Assembly: GCA_964016885.1 (NCBI GenBank) | Contig: OZ024746.1 | Location: 88,660,001-88,724,000, forward strand | DNA from: Eledone cirrhosa | Taxonomy: Eukaryota | DNA length: 64,000 nt | Direction of reading: 5' to 3' | Shown: one piece after another, positions 39,257 through 51,751 of the stretch | Position numbering within the stretch: position 1 is the stretch's first letter | Layout: each line of letters begins with the position of its first letter | Made by a program: the position numbers and the translations under genes | The notes under the pieces: model-generated | The model's input: the letters and a program-made list of their open reading frames with translations, nothing else | Database searches by the model: none | What the model was told of the DNA's origin: nothing

Positions 39257-39733
39257 CAATTTAGGTTGGTAATGGCACATGGAATATATAAGAGACAGAA
39301 TACTTTTTTGTGAAAAAACAGATAATTTTATAAGGTAAGGAAATAATAAAGGGTATAAAAAATGACCGGTTTCGATGGGTCTGCAAAAGCCATCTTTTCA
39401 AATGTTGATTAATATTAAGAAAAATTAATAATAAGAAGAGTTAAAATTTGAGATTTGAAAATTCAAGTATAAAATTCATTGTGGGATTTCAATGAAAACT
39501 ACTGTAAAATCCCACAATGAATTTTATACTTGAATTTTCAAATCTCAAATTTTAACTCTTCTTATTATTAATTTTTCTTAATATTAATCAACATTTGAAA
39601 AGATGGCTTTTGCAGACCCATCGAAACCGGTCATTCTTTATACCCTTTATTATTTCCTTATAAAACTATCTGTTTTTTCACAAAAAAGTATTCTGTCTCT
39701 TATATATTCCATGTGCCATTACCAACCTCAATT
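39257..39733. mobile_element. Near-perfect ~230-bp-arm palindrome (PLE fold-back)
   Basis: ~39257-39489 vs ~39507-39733. The arms carry GATGG...CCATC-GAAACCGGTC, a hammerhead 3' half with a decayed CUGA box. Confidence 0.85.
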
Positions 39734-40499
39734 TTCTCTATAACCTTCGTTTTGTGTAGTAAATTACACTTTTCATATATATATATAAGCGTAAATATTA
39801 CATTTACTCTCATTACGGCATCCTCATGCGGTATATAATAGAGAGTTTGCCTCAGAAACACTGAACGGGAGGAACCACTGAACAATTTAGTAGCAGTAAG
39901 CAAGGCAGCGAGCTTCGGGCCCATTTTCAGGGGCTGTTTGTTGCATTGCATAGCAATATCTCTTTTGTTAGAGTGAACGGTTACCTTTCAAAATGTAAGA
40001 CCATCAAGGTGGTCTCCACTCATCCGTTTCCCTGTATGACTCTCGGCAATCACAACACATATTTTATATTTAGGGGCATCCCGTGAAAACTAGGATGATG
40101 GAAATCTTCGTCAGCATATGCTGCCACGATCCAGTAGGTGTGCAGGACATCAAACGGATTGAGATGTTCAGGGCCGGTCTCATGAAAAACGAACCTTAAA
40201 CAGGAGCAAAGGATAACCAGTAAAAGTCAGTGGATGTGCATCAACGCACCGGGAGAAATGAAACGAATCAATTCGTAATGACCTTAACATGCACGAGAAG
40301 AAGGACAGTGTGTGTCCAAATTGCTGGGATGCCATCTGGATAATCCAGAATAGTTAGAAGGTACTTATGCAGATTAGAATAAAGAAGAATGAAAGAATAC
40401 CAAACGTAATTCGCCATTCCGATAGCTTGATGTTGATTGTGGTTTTACAAGTAATATAAAGGTATGTGTGCGCGACAGCTCCTTATCTTCTCTACAGAA

Positions 40500-40960
40500 A
40501 AAAAACACGGGGAAAAAATATAATAGGAACCGAGAAAAAGGAAATCTTGGACGTCTGTACGAGGTTTGAATGATCTCTCAAATAAACTTTACATATACAT
40601 TCCAGACTTATCCTCCTATGTTCTCGAATATATCAAATGCAACAGGGAAGATTCCCAGTTCTGTGAGTCGGGGCTTCGTAAAGGGTTTAAAGCGAGAACA
40701 AGTGGGGTGTTCTATATAATTTCCGGTCCATAACATTTGCTCAATACAGCGTTTAAGATTATAGTCAAGTGCTGGCGCTTATCTTCAAAAGCTTTGTCGG
40801 AGAGATGCAAAATTGTGCAACTCCGACCATATCCATGCAGAAAAATGACTACATAATGCGATACATGTAGAATACAGGCAGGTAATTTTGGCACGATGGA
40901 TTTCCGAAAATGTCCATATGGTTGTGTGTAGGTACGTGGAAGCTGGCCTGTTTTTCTTTT
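40500..40960 (+). mobile_element. Old decayed Tx1 RT fragment related to the 22.9-29 kb element
   Basis: GGAAGATTCCCAGTTCTGTGAGTCGGGG and AATTTCCGGTCCATAAC...AATACAGCGTTTAAGATT align with the IPSSVSRG / NFRPITLLNTEFKI region of ORF2. Confidence 0.7.
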
Positions 40961-41084
40961 TGTAGTTGTTCTCCGTTTTGTAGTTGTTGTTCTTTATGTT
41001 TTCGTCCCAGTGGGCAATAAATAAATGAAAAGTGTGTACTATTATTAGTAATATTATTACCAATGATGTTGGTGGGTGGTGGGT

Positions 41085-41280
41085 TGGCAGTATCGGTAGA
41101 GCGTTGGACACTATGCTTTGCATCATAGATGATCTTAGTTAACATCCCACCGATGTTAGATTTGACGTTCATCCTTACGGGGTCGATAAAATAAAGCACC
41201 AGTAATGCACTGGGTTCTATTTAATAGACTTTCCCTCCTCCAAAATTTCTGGCCCCGTGCCTATAGCAGAAATCATTATT
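41085..41280 (+). mobile_element. tRNA-derived SINE (Nin/Deu-like), diverged
   Basis: TGGCAGTATCGGTAGAGCG head and TTCATCCTTACGGGGTCGATAAAATAAAGCACCAGT domain. Confidence 0.7.
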
Positions 41281-44069
41281 ACTAATGACATTATTAATGA
41301 CATGAATAATGGGGAGGAACAATGAAACAACAGCAAGGCGCACACCATTGCAGGTTCAAAATAGATCTACTATTCTTTCCACTATCTCCACCCGTCTCTC
41401 GCTGAAGCGGAGACATATAGCCGCTTACATCTTAAGAGAACAGCGCAATACTTTAGCACAGATTCAATCGCTTCTTACAATCTTGTCTACAGCCTAAGGC
41501 CACACAAAGCTAATGCCGTCCAATTTCTCCAACGCATTTCTACTCCTCACACAATGTTTCGATAAAATTGAATGATTTGCATTAAATTACTCGTGGCTAA
41601 TAAAGAAATCATTATATTTCCTTTAGCGTAATATTTGAAGATGTTAATTAAGTATTGCCAAAAGAAATCTTCATATGTAAGTTTTATGCCGCCGTACTTT
41701 TTATAATTCATTCTAAACCAACAATCTTCTATTAATGGTTGTTTAGGAATTTAATGTATATACTATAAAGGGTGCAACGGTAAACTCGACGATCTTGTGT
41801 TGATTCAGATAATTTGATACTATTTCAAGAAATATCGTGCCCCTGTATTCGGCCGTTCGCTAGAGAATCACACGTGTTATTACATGACGAGATATATGTC
41901 ACCTTAAACATAGGTAGCACGGCCAATTCACATATCCTCATGTGAAATTGTTCAATGAACATTTAAACCAGTCACGATACGTCTGGAATAAATGCAGTAA
42001 CATTCTACAATATATGTTTGAAAACCTATACAAGTAAAACGGTCAATAATGAAATGTATGGTTTGGTAAACCAGCAAACATATTCATTTGATGATGTGAA
42101 GAATTGCCATGATCATTGTATCGACTTTCAGAGAATAATAGTAAGTTATGTTAAATACATTGATTGAAGATTATCAACACAGAACGCCGACAGAATTCTG
42201 CAGTCATGAATCGACCGATATTTTAGAAAATATAAGAAAACGATATTTATTCGAATTAGATCATTGATTTTTTTATGGCTGCTTTGTTTGTCAGGGTCTA
42301 GTTTCAGCTACGCTTAATATATAGCTTATGCAAACAATTATTAACATCGTTTCCATTAGGAAATCAGATTCCAATGGTTATCCTACGTTTACACTGAATT
42401 TGAAAATAGACATGGTGGTTTAGAAAATATTAGACTAAAGGATGTATGCAAAATATTCCTTTTCTTGGCGATGAAATGAATGTCGTGTAAGCACTTATTA
42501 TTCAATACTAGCTAAATCAATAGCTATTTAAATATTTATCACAAAACTTCACCAATAAATAATAGAAAACAGAAAATATTTCATCTAACATGTGGTATTA
42601 TATATGTCATAGCTCATGAGAGGAAACAGTGCATTTGACATGATATCGATCGAACAAATCATTAACATATAGATGTCGAAGAAAATGTATGAAAGAAATG
42701 TTTGTACAATGAATAATAAACAATGCTTCTTATTTACCCCATATATGAGTGGGTGGGGGGGGGGTGAATGTGTAACTGGGCGTGCGCAAACGAGTGTACC
42801 GTAGAAATGTTAAAAATATCCACACATATCACATCCAATAGAGAAAAGAAAATTACACATATTAATCTTTTGTTATGAGCACAACATGATTTAGACAACG
42901 CCTTAAAGAAGTCGACCTAGTAGAAACCATTGTTAAATGAAATGTAACTACGTTGCTGTTACATCTTATTATGCATGTAACACAAAATATTAAGTATTTA
43001 TGTAAAATATACAACAAACTCATATATGAAGACGTAGACAATCTTCAAATCATAATCTCATTTTCATACAAGCATGCATACATATATAAATATAATTACA
43101 TATACAGGCACGCACACGCATGCATACACAAATATATATAGCAGATATCTGTGTATTTGTATATATGTGCATAATGCCATGAGGGAGTGAGAGGGTACAG
43201 AAAGAAACGGAGAGAAAAAGTGAGGAAGTGGCTCTTTACTTCTCCTCCTTCATCTCCTCATTCGTCACAATAGTTTTCGATATAGGGAGAAATATAAATA
43301 TGGTGAGTGGGAGAATGAGTTAGAAAGAGAGAAATGGATAGATAGCTAGAGAGAGAGAGAGAGAGGGGGGGGAGAAAGAGAGTGAGAGAGAGAGAGAATG
43401 GAAACAGACATAGACAAAATAGAAGAAGTGTTACAAAGGGTGAGAGAGAATATGTGTGAGCGAGAGAAACACAGACTGAGAAAAAGACAGAGAGAAGAGA
43501 GTAGGAAACACACAGAGAGATCAATTTTGTATTGGATTTGAACGAGAGTGAGATAGTGGGAGAGAGAGAGAGAGAGTGACCTTGTATGTTTCATACTGTA
43601 TGTATGCTCTATATTAGAAGCTGAATGAAAGCCGGCACAAAGAGAGGGGCGATAGCGGGAGAGAGAGGGAGACGCTGTATGTTTGATACTGTATGTGTAT
43701 GCCAGTGTAGATATATGTGTGTGTGCGATGTGTCTAGAAATAAGAGGTGAAAGAAAGCCATAACTATTAACACCTGCGCGTGTGTGTGTATTTGTGTGTG
43801 TATGTGCGAGGTTCCACTGAAAGTAAAAGTTATCAGCATGTGTGAGTGTATGCGTGTGTGCGTTTTCGGGCATGTGTGAGCGTGTATGCGGCGTTTTTTG
43901 ATCGCCATTTTGTTCAATCACTTTTGTGTAGATATTCACGTAACTTTCACTCATTTTTTCATTTAATCCCCATTTTAATTATTTTTTAAGTTTCCGAGAA
44001 AAAAGTTGTGACTCTCTACAAGGAGACCGGGTAGATGATCAGTATTCTACAGTGAAGCAAAGACGAGTA

Positions 44070-44335
44070 CAGATAGCCACAGCAAGTTCACTAGAGACCC
44101 CTGCACAACGACAAAACAACCGGAGGAGAGCAGCTGATACGCAGGACCAATGAGTCACAAGCGGCAATGGGAAATGGTTATAACAATTACGTCAACACAA
44201 TGCAATCTGCAGGAGCTAAGAGTCAAAAATGGAAAAAAAAAAAAACGTTTAAAAAAGGTAAGACAAAGACAAGCTGCCAGAGTTGCCCATGAGAAAGTAG
44301 GTCAGCGAGAGGGTAGGCAAAGAAAAAAGCACTGA
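44070..44335 (+). mobile_element. Decayed STPR-like 23-aa repeats (Helitron Rep/Hel N-terminus)
   Basis: LETPAQRQ..., NESQAA... and ESKMEKKKRLKKVRQRQAARVAH-E (23-residue period), as in E(T/S).E.R..RL STPR repeats. Confidence 0.5.
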
Positions 44336-44441
44336 TTAATTGGTGAAATATGTTTCTTTAATGAAATATATACAGGGAAGATTAATCATTAAAAGGTATA
44401 TATTTTTGAAGTTCTAGTTAACTTTATTTATTTGTTACCTA

Positions 44442-44532
44442 CTAGCCATGCGTGGTTACACGCTTGTAAAAATTATCTCCTGTGATTTTTCCTGTTTATA
44501 TTTATTTATATATATGTTGATCAATTCCTAGT

Positions 44533-44613
<81 letters not shown>

Positions 44614-46300
44614 TTTACTAGTTGGTATTATTAAAGTATTGTGTGGTTTTCTTCTGTATTGATTTGATATATATTTTGCTGTGGATGGGATTTTATATGT
44701 TTGCTTCCACTCCGAAATGTAGAGCTAAAATATGAACATTTTATACAAACCTATTTCTCCTGTGTCTGTCACTGATTTATGAGGCACGATGTGTTTGTAT
44801 TGCCAATTCGTCAACATGTCCCGTAGGGAATTATTTGCTTCATGTGATACTGCTTATTTTCTCCCTTTCTATTTTAATTTGTATTTTGTATTAAATTCTG
44901 TATAAGCATTCGTCTTGTTTAACATTAATTATGTGGATAGACGCTGATTTATTTGCTATGGTTACCGCTGATAATTATGTACATTGACAAGCCTGATCAT
45001 TTAACTTACATTCTATTAATAGGAACCACATTCATATTGTTGGTAGATTACTAATGTTGCGTAAAGTCTCAATATTTTTTATAATTCCCTTTATTTGAAT
45101 CATTGCTATTTAGTTAGCTTAACTAAATACGATTCCATGTCGTCAAGTAAACATGTATGTTGTTGAACACCCCTCCGTACCGACCGACCTTTACATATAC
45201 AACAGATTTACCTCTTTAGACAATTAACGATAATCCTTGTTATGCAACCCTCTGTTTCCTTCTGAAGAGTTTTGTTCGATTAGTCTTCTGAAAATTAATC
45301 CAGTGCTCACTGTTAAATGTATTCCGTTGTTATTCTCTTCAAGTTTCTCCGCATGAATATTATTGACAACCTGGACTATGTTGCCCTTGACATGGCATCA
45401 GCTTACATAATAGAATGTGTTACATACTTGATCACATGTTTGACTATATCCCTGATTCAATATTATAGCGACGTTGAGATTAGATTCAGGATCCAATTTG
45501 GACAGGTTATATTTTCCCTTGTTAAAAATTAATCAAACTACCTCAACTTAGCAATTCTACAGGTGTGTTGACTGTCAGGTATAAACGATGCATACATGCG
45601 CCACTTGATGTCCATTGAAACTGAACACATTCAGCCAGTGCCTGGAATTTTGCTGATATGTGAAGATATGTTGAACAACTGTGAAAAGGAGTTGAGCAGT
45701 TTCTAAAATGTATAGATCAATTGACTTTATTTACAAACAAACAAAGAAAAAAGCTATTATAATATTTATGTACAAGTTTCGCGAAAGATGCCATGAGGTA
45801 GCCGCATGTAAATTGCTAAGTGGAAATAATGTTTCATCCATAAAATATTGGTTTCTGATTCAGGCACATGGCCACCATTTTGGCGGAGGTGAATCAATTA
45901 AATCGATCCCAGTACGTTACTGGTACTTTATTTTATTAACCGCATAAGGATGAAAGGTAAAGCTAAACTCGGAGGATTTTAAATCAGATCGTAAATGGGC
46001 GTAACTCGATGCTATAAAGCCTAACGCACGACGCAGAACCTATACTGCCAATCCACCAACATGTTTCTCCTCAAAATATTAAATTTGATTTCACTGATAT
46101 GTTTGTCATATCAGATGTCGGGACACATTGATACAAAAAGGTTAATGACATTTTTAAATTGGTAGGCAATGCAGAAATAGAATGTTTCTCGGGATTAGGA
46201 GCTGAATGTAATTTATCTTGTATATCACACCATCTGTGGGTAATTTTAGTAATTTACTTGAATCCCACACTGATTTGAGTTTACAGACCAGATCTGTAGG
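44442..46300 (-). mobile_element. Decayed Helitron: Pif1-helicase C-terminus plus 3' hairpin-CTAG end
   Basis: Minus-strand remnants ALPTNLK, FNG, PVQ, AIILNQGYSQTCDQV (cf. AMTINKSQGQTLDKV) and AMSRAT (cf. LYVAMSR). The terminus reads GCGTG-TAAC-CACGC-ATGG-CTAG|T at 44441-44463. Confidence 0.5.
45848..46060 (-). mobile_element. tRNA-derived SINE (Nin/Deu-like) inserted in the Helitron remnant
   Basis: ACTGGTACTTTATTTTATT..CCGCATAAGGATGAAAGG is the reverse complement of the SINE domain. Confidence 0.7.
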
Positions 46301-47019
46301 CTGGGGACGAAATAAGAGTATAATATACATTGTTTTTTACAGTTACATTTCACTACGAATAGATATAAATTGTTGATATATGTCATGATAGAAATGTGTT
46401 CAGTAATGCAAACCTGATTCTACCTACGGCAGGTGTCTTGTCAGATGAGAAATTTCGTATAGGCGATGTAATTTTTTTGATTGGGCAACGTAGATAGAGC
46501 CTAGTAATATATAACACCATACAGCAGCATTTATTGAAGAACAGACGTAGTAATATGACTTATTTAGATTCTATAGAAACATACTTCAAAGAAAAAGAAA
46601 GACTGTGCGGGACTTGATACATCTATATGCTCAATGGGATATCAGCTTCATACTCAAAACATGTGTCTGTATATAAAGCGATTACCATAATAAAGAACGG
46701 TGATTGACAAATATTTTATTGGAATGATTGGTTGATTTAGACCGTTTTTCAATGATAGATAACGAATGGTATACGTTCAGAAACGTGTTTCGCAATCACT
46801 AAGCATAATTAAAATACCGACTTGAAGCTGCAAGATGAATATTTAGGGAACCAGTATAAAAGGAAGCATATGAAAGAGGAACAGAAAATCAGAGTTTTTG
46901 TTAAAAATAGATCATGTGAAATCGCAATAAATTTCAATAGGAAACCATTCCTATACACAACCTTTCATGCAGTAAGGTGTATGCGCACACATACACATAT
47001 GTATACACATATGTATGCA

Positions 47020-47177
<158 letters not shown>

Positions 47178-47244
47178 TGTGCGTACGTATGTGTGTGATT
47201 GTGCACGTATTTATGTACGCATATACATATATATATGTACATAT

Positions 47245-47481
47245 AGGAAAAAGTATGAACCCGACGACAGAGCTCAAGCCGTTTCGACGGCTATTTCTTG
47301 ACTAAATTAGAATTTTTAGCCAGGCTAAAATAGCCGCCCAAACGGCTTGAGCTCTGCCGTCGGGGTCATACTTTTTCCTATTATCCACTCTACTACCCTA
47401 AGTATTGAGTACTCTGGTGCGTTATGGTCCATCTGGTTGCTTACCACAATTCCTTCGTTTTATATATATATATATATGTGT

Positions 47482-47535
<54 letters not shown>

Positions 47536-47710
47536 CACACACACACGCGCACATATATATATAAATATATATATAGGAACGAGTAGGACCCACACGGCTG
47601 AGCTCAGCCGTCGGGGTCCTACTCGTTCCTATTACCCACTCTACTACCATAAGTATTGAGTACTTTCGTGCGTTATGGTCCATCTGGTTCCTTACCACAT
47701 TTCCTTCGTC
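47245..47710 (+). mobile_element. Two fold-back PLE remnants of the 1985-2190 family
   Basis: Inverted arms CCGACGACAGAGCTCAAGCCGTTT / AAACGGCTTGAGCTCTGCCGTCGG. A second, shorter hairpin copy lies at 47575-47710. Confidence 0.65.
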
Positions 47711-47751
47711 ATATATATATATATATATTCATTATTCTTTTCTCCCTATCA

Positions 47752-47831
<80 letters not shown>

Positions 47832-47863
47832 AGAACAAAAGATGGTTAAAAGAGTTCCATGTA

Positions 47864-47930
47864 TTTTATTATGCGCATTTCAAAAACAAATATCATCATG
47901 CAATAATATTTGTGTTTTCATCAGATAAAA
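47864..47930 (-). ncRNA. Minimal type I hammerhead ribozyme (inverted pLTR)
   Basis: TTTTAT-CTGATGA-AAACACAAATAT...ATATTTGTTTTT-GAAAT-GCGC-ATA-ATAAAA; palindromic GCGC loop 3. Confidence 0.85.
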
Positions 47931-50559
47931 CAGGAGGACATGATATGAAGGTTAAAAAAACACTTGTGGATAGTTCAGTTTTAAATCAACATATGAGAAG
48001 TGGTTTTAGATTGATGTGTGATATTGGGAAAAATATTTTATTTAGAGGGGGGGGGGGTGAAAAAAAGAAGGAGATGAGAGTGAAGGTGGAGAGGGAGGAT
48101 TATAATGAGAAAGGATGAGATAGGAGGAGAGATGGGTGATAGAGAGAGAGAGATAGTTTTTATAACTGAGAAAGATATATTGTTTTACATAGAGAGGTTG
48201 AAAACCGTTAGATGATAGGGAGAAAAGATAATGAATTGAGGATGAATAATCTAACGTAAAAAAAAATGTATATGTTTACGAAGGATTTTTACAAGGTGAT
48301 ATAGAGTAAGAATGTGTTGTATTATGTAATAATTGATTCTATGTTAGGCAAGAGTGAGAAAAGGTACAGACAATGGGGTTAGATATTAGAAGAGAAGAAA
48401 AGGAAGTGATAAATATGGGTGATGTAGAAAGAGTAAACAAGTATTATAGAATTTGATAATTAACGAAGAGAAAAATAATGTAAAGTTAAGGTTTGTATAT
48501 TGAAGGATTTGATATGTTCGAAGAAAAAGAAAATGTTAATATGTATTGAGAATAATGAGTTAGATGATAGGGAGAAAAGAATAATGAATATTTGATCAAA
48601 TATAGTAAAGAAACAAATTCTAGAAGAAATTACTGTAGAATAATTAATCATGATCAATCCAATAACTTTAATAAAAGACCTAGATACAAAAACATAATCT
48701 GGTATAATGCTCCTTTCTATTAATAACAATATTCCTAAATTATTCTTTAGTGCCTTAAATAAATGCTTCCCTCCCTCACATATCTATAGTAAAATATTTA
48801 ACAAACACACCATAAAATTTTCTTATTCTACATCTTCCAACATTTCCAACATTATCTCTAAACACAACAATAAAATACTAAATACTAAATCTCTTCCTTC
48901 CAACACTGAATTTCATAATAATAGTACTCCCGACGTCATTGTAAACCCTAGGCTAATTTCTACAAACCCAAATACAACGTCAAACACAACTTCGCTAAAT
49001 GTTCATAATCCCATTCTAAATAAAGAAACTATTATTCCTATCGCAAACAACTTCTCCAATCCAATTCCTTCTATAGATAACACTAGGTCACTCATTAATA
49101 ATCTCTCTAATTGCAATTGCAATTGCCCTATTAAAAATAAATGTCCTCTCAACAACCATTGTCTTGATAAAAACTTAATTTACGAATGTAACGTTATAAC
49201 TGACACCAATTCCTTCACCTATTTTGGCTCCACTTCAACCTCTTTTAAAATCGTCTTTATAACCATCATTCGTCTTTTAAATACAAACTTAAAAGAACCA
49301 ACACGGCTCTCTCAGAACTCATATGGTCCTTGAAAGACAAAAACATTAAATATAGCATCTTTTGGAAGAAGGTATCTTCTGCGTCTTCTTACTTGAACAG
49401 TTCTCTATCTAAAATCTGCAATCTCTGTCTAAATGAAAAATTTACCATTATCTCTAATCTAGATTCTATAATAAATAGACGCACTGACTTGTTTTCTATC
49501 TGTTTGCATAAATTCCATAAAACATTTCACAAAGTATACAGCTCATATTCAATTCTTTATCAATTTAGAATCTTTTTTCTCAAAGGCACATATATATACA
49601 CTTCTTTTAAAAATATACCCATCTTTCTACCTTATTTCAAAGGTTATTATACATTCTATAATACTTGTTTACTCATTACTCTTACTCTATATCACCTTGT
49701 AAAAATCCTTCGTAAACGTATACATTTTTTTTACGCTAGATTATTCATCCTCAATTCATTATACTTTTCTCCCTATCATCTAACTCATTATTCTCAATAC
49801 ATATTAACATTTTCTTTTTCTTCGCACATATTATCAAATCCTTCAATATACAAACCTTAACTTTACATTATTTTTCTCTTCGTTAATTTTCAAATTCTAT
49901 AATACTTGTTTACTCTTTCTACATCACCCATATTTATCACCTCCTTTTCTTCTCTTCTAATATCTAACCCCTAATCTGTACCTTTTCTCACTCTTGCTTA
50001 ACATAGAATCAATTATTACATAATACAACACATTCTTAATCTATATCACCTTGTAAAAATCCTTTGTAAACATATATATTTTTTTTGACGTTAGATTATT
50101 CATCCTCAATTCATTATCTTTTCTCCCTATCATCTAACTCATTATTCTCAATACATATTAACTCCTTCTTTTTCTTCGCACATATTATCAAATCCTTCAA
50201 TATACAAACCTTAACTTTACATTATTTTTCTCTTCGTTAATTTTCAAATTCTTTTAATTTATACATTATCTTCCAACGGTTTTCAACCTCTCTATGTAAA
50301 ACAATATATCTTTCTCTGTTATAATATATCTCTCTCTCTCTATCACCCATCTCTCCTCCTATCTCATCCTTCCTCATTATACTCCTCCCTCTCCACCTTC
50401 ACTCTCATCTCCTTCTTTTGTTCATCCTTTCCACCCCCCCCCCCTCTAAATAAAATATTTTTCCCAATATCACACATCAATCTAAAACTACTTCTCATAT
50501 GTTGATTTAAAACTGAACTATCCACAAGTGTTTTTTAACCTTCATATCATGTCCTCCTG

Positions 50560-50632
50560 TTTTATCTGATGAAAACACAAATATTATTGCATGATGATAA
50601 TGATATTTGTTTTTGAAATGCGGATAATAAAA
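50560..50632 (+). ncRNA. Minimal type I hammerhead ribozyme (3' pLTR)
   Basis: Same motif as 47864-47930, with loop 3 GCGG. Confidence 0.82.
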
Positions 50633-50757
50633 TACATGGAACTCTTTTAACCATCTTTTGTTCTTATATATTATGTATACTCCAGTCCTACAAACTGTAG
50701 AGTGCTTCTTATCCGATATCTGCATTGCTTTATTGTACTACAATAAAACTCACCTCC

Positions 50758-50814
<57 letters not shown>

Positions 50815-51199
50815 GAAGGCCCGTAACGATAGTGGTTCCACTCATGATTGCTGTGTTGTCCAGAATCCCTTTCAATATTCTGCCCATGATGCCTGTGCCT
50901 TGTGCATTCATTCCCTAAATTTGCCACACATTTAAAAACAATATCTCGCGCCCTTCATTATATAAGATACGGGCATTTTATTCAAACTCAGGCCCAAGTC
51001 TAAATTGAAAGGTGAATGATCTCTAACCGCGAAGTCGAATTGTTGCGGTAATTCCAGATGTGGCAGCCACAAAAGCTAAAATATTCTTATATAGTATCAC
51101 AGGACTGCACGCTGAGAATACTTCTCCCACATTCAGGTTACTTTAGGTACAGTCTTATAACATCATATCTTATGAAACATACTGTAGGTAGTCATTCAT

Positions 51200-51615
51200 T
51201 TCATTTTTCTTCAATCTAGTTTCTTTTGTTCGTGTATTGTCAATTTAAGAATTCCCGCATAATAGACGCAGCTCGGGATTATATTTGACTTATCGCGTTC
51301 CTACAATTTGATGTGTTTATAGTATTTTTTCTTACTCGCCTTACGTATTGTAAACTTATAATCTTCATTTTATTTTCAATGATGTTATCTGCCTTCAAAA
51401 TCTGCAAATATCTATATTATTCTTCGGTGTCAAACTTTCTTAACTCTTAATTCGTTTGTATCTCGATGCCTTTGATTTTCTTCAATTTACCGCTTCTCAC
51501 CACTAGTACTCCACACTTAATACGGAATGTTAAGCATATGGAACTGAAATAGGAACAATGTTAAAACGTACACCAACTCATTTTCGTTCTTCTCCAAAAC
51601 GTTTAGGATCTTCTT
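51200..51615 (-). mobile_element. Decayed R4/Dong-type RT fragment
   Basis: Minus strand: KNENEL, KCGVLVVRSGKL, YRYLQILKADNIIENKMK and RRVRK, as in RT domains 5-7 and thumb. Confidence 0.55.
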
Positions 51616-51624
51616 TCTATCTAC

Positions 51625-51659
<35 letters not shown>

Positions 51660-51663
<4 letters not shown>

Positions 51664-51751
51664 GTGAGTCGAATTCGAACCATCGAGCTAATAAAGACAA
51701 CTAATTATAACAAACTTCAGTGCTACGCTCTACCAACTGAGCTATTGCTTG
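51660..51751 (-). pseudogene. Intron-containing tRNA-Tyr-derived pseudogene
   Basis: ATAGCTCAGTTGGTAGAGCG.AG.ACTGAAG + ~20-nt insert + ...TCGATGGTTCGAATTCGACTC follows the eukaryotic tRNA-Tyr layout. The anticodon reads GAA and the acceptor stem is broken. Confidence 0.65.

Larger units (their letters stand above)
47822..50668 (+). mobile_element. 5'-truncated Naiad-type Penelope-like element with inverted 5' pLTR
   Basis: Frameshifted ORF (~48660-49540): IIWYNAPF, KIFNKHTIKFSYS, CNCPIKNKC (CxCx5C), LIYECNV..YFGST (GIY-YIG), CNLCLNEK. 47822-48591 is an inverted copy of the 3' region. A ~354-bp partial tandem repeat lies in the 3' UTR. Confidence 0.88.

Noticed and set aside
45370-45410. ADAMSR read as the Ty3/Gypsy RNase H ADALSR motif
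   Set aside because: Neighbouring motifs and the downstream hairpin-CTAG end fit a Helitron Pif1 helicase better; no LTR, RT or integrase is nearby.
48707-49540. Possible selenoprotein-type Naiad (UGA at Cys positions)
   Set aside because: The cysteines in CxCx5C and CxxC are encoded by TGC/TGT; no in-frame TGA was seen at these positions.
51660-51751. Functional tRNA-Phe(GAA)
   Set aside because: The body is Tyr-type and the acceptor and anticodon stems do not pair properly.
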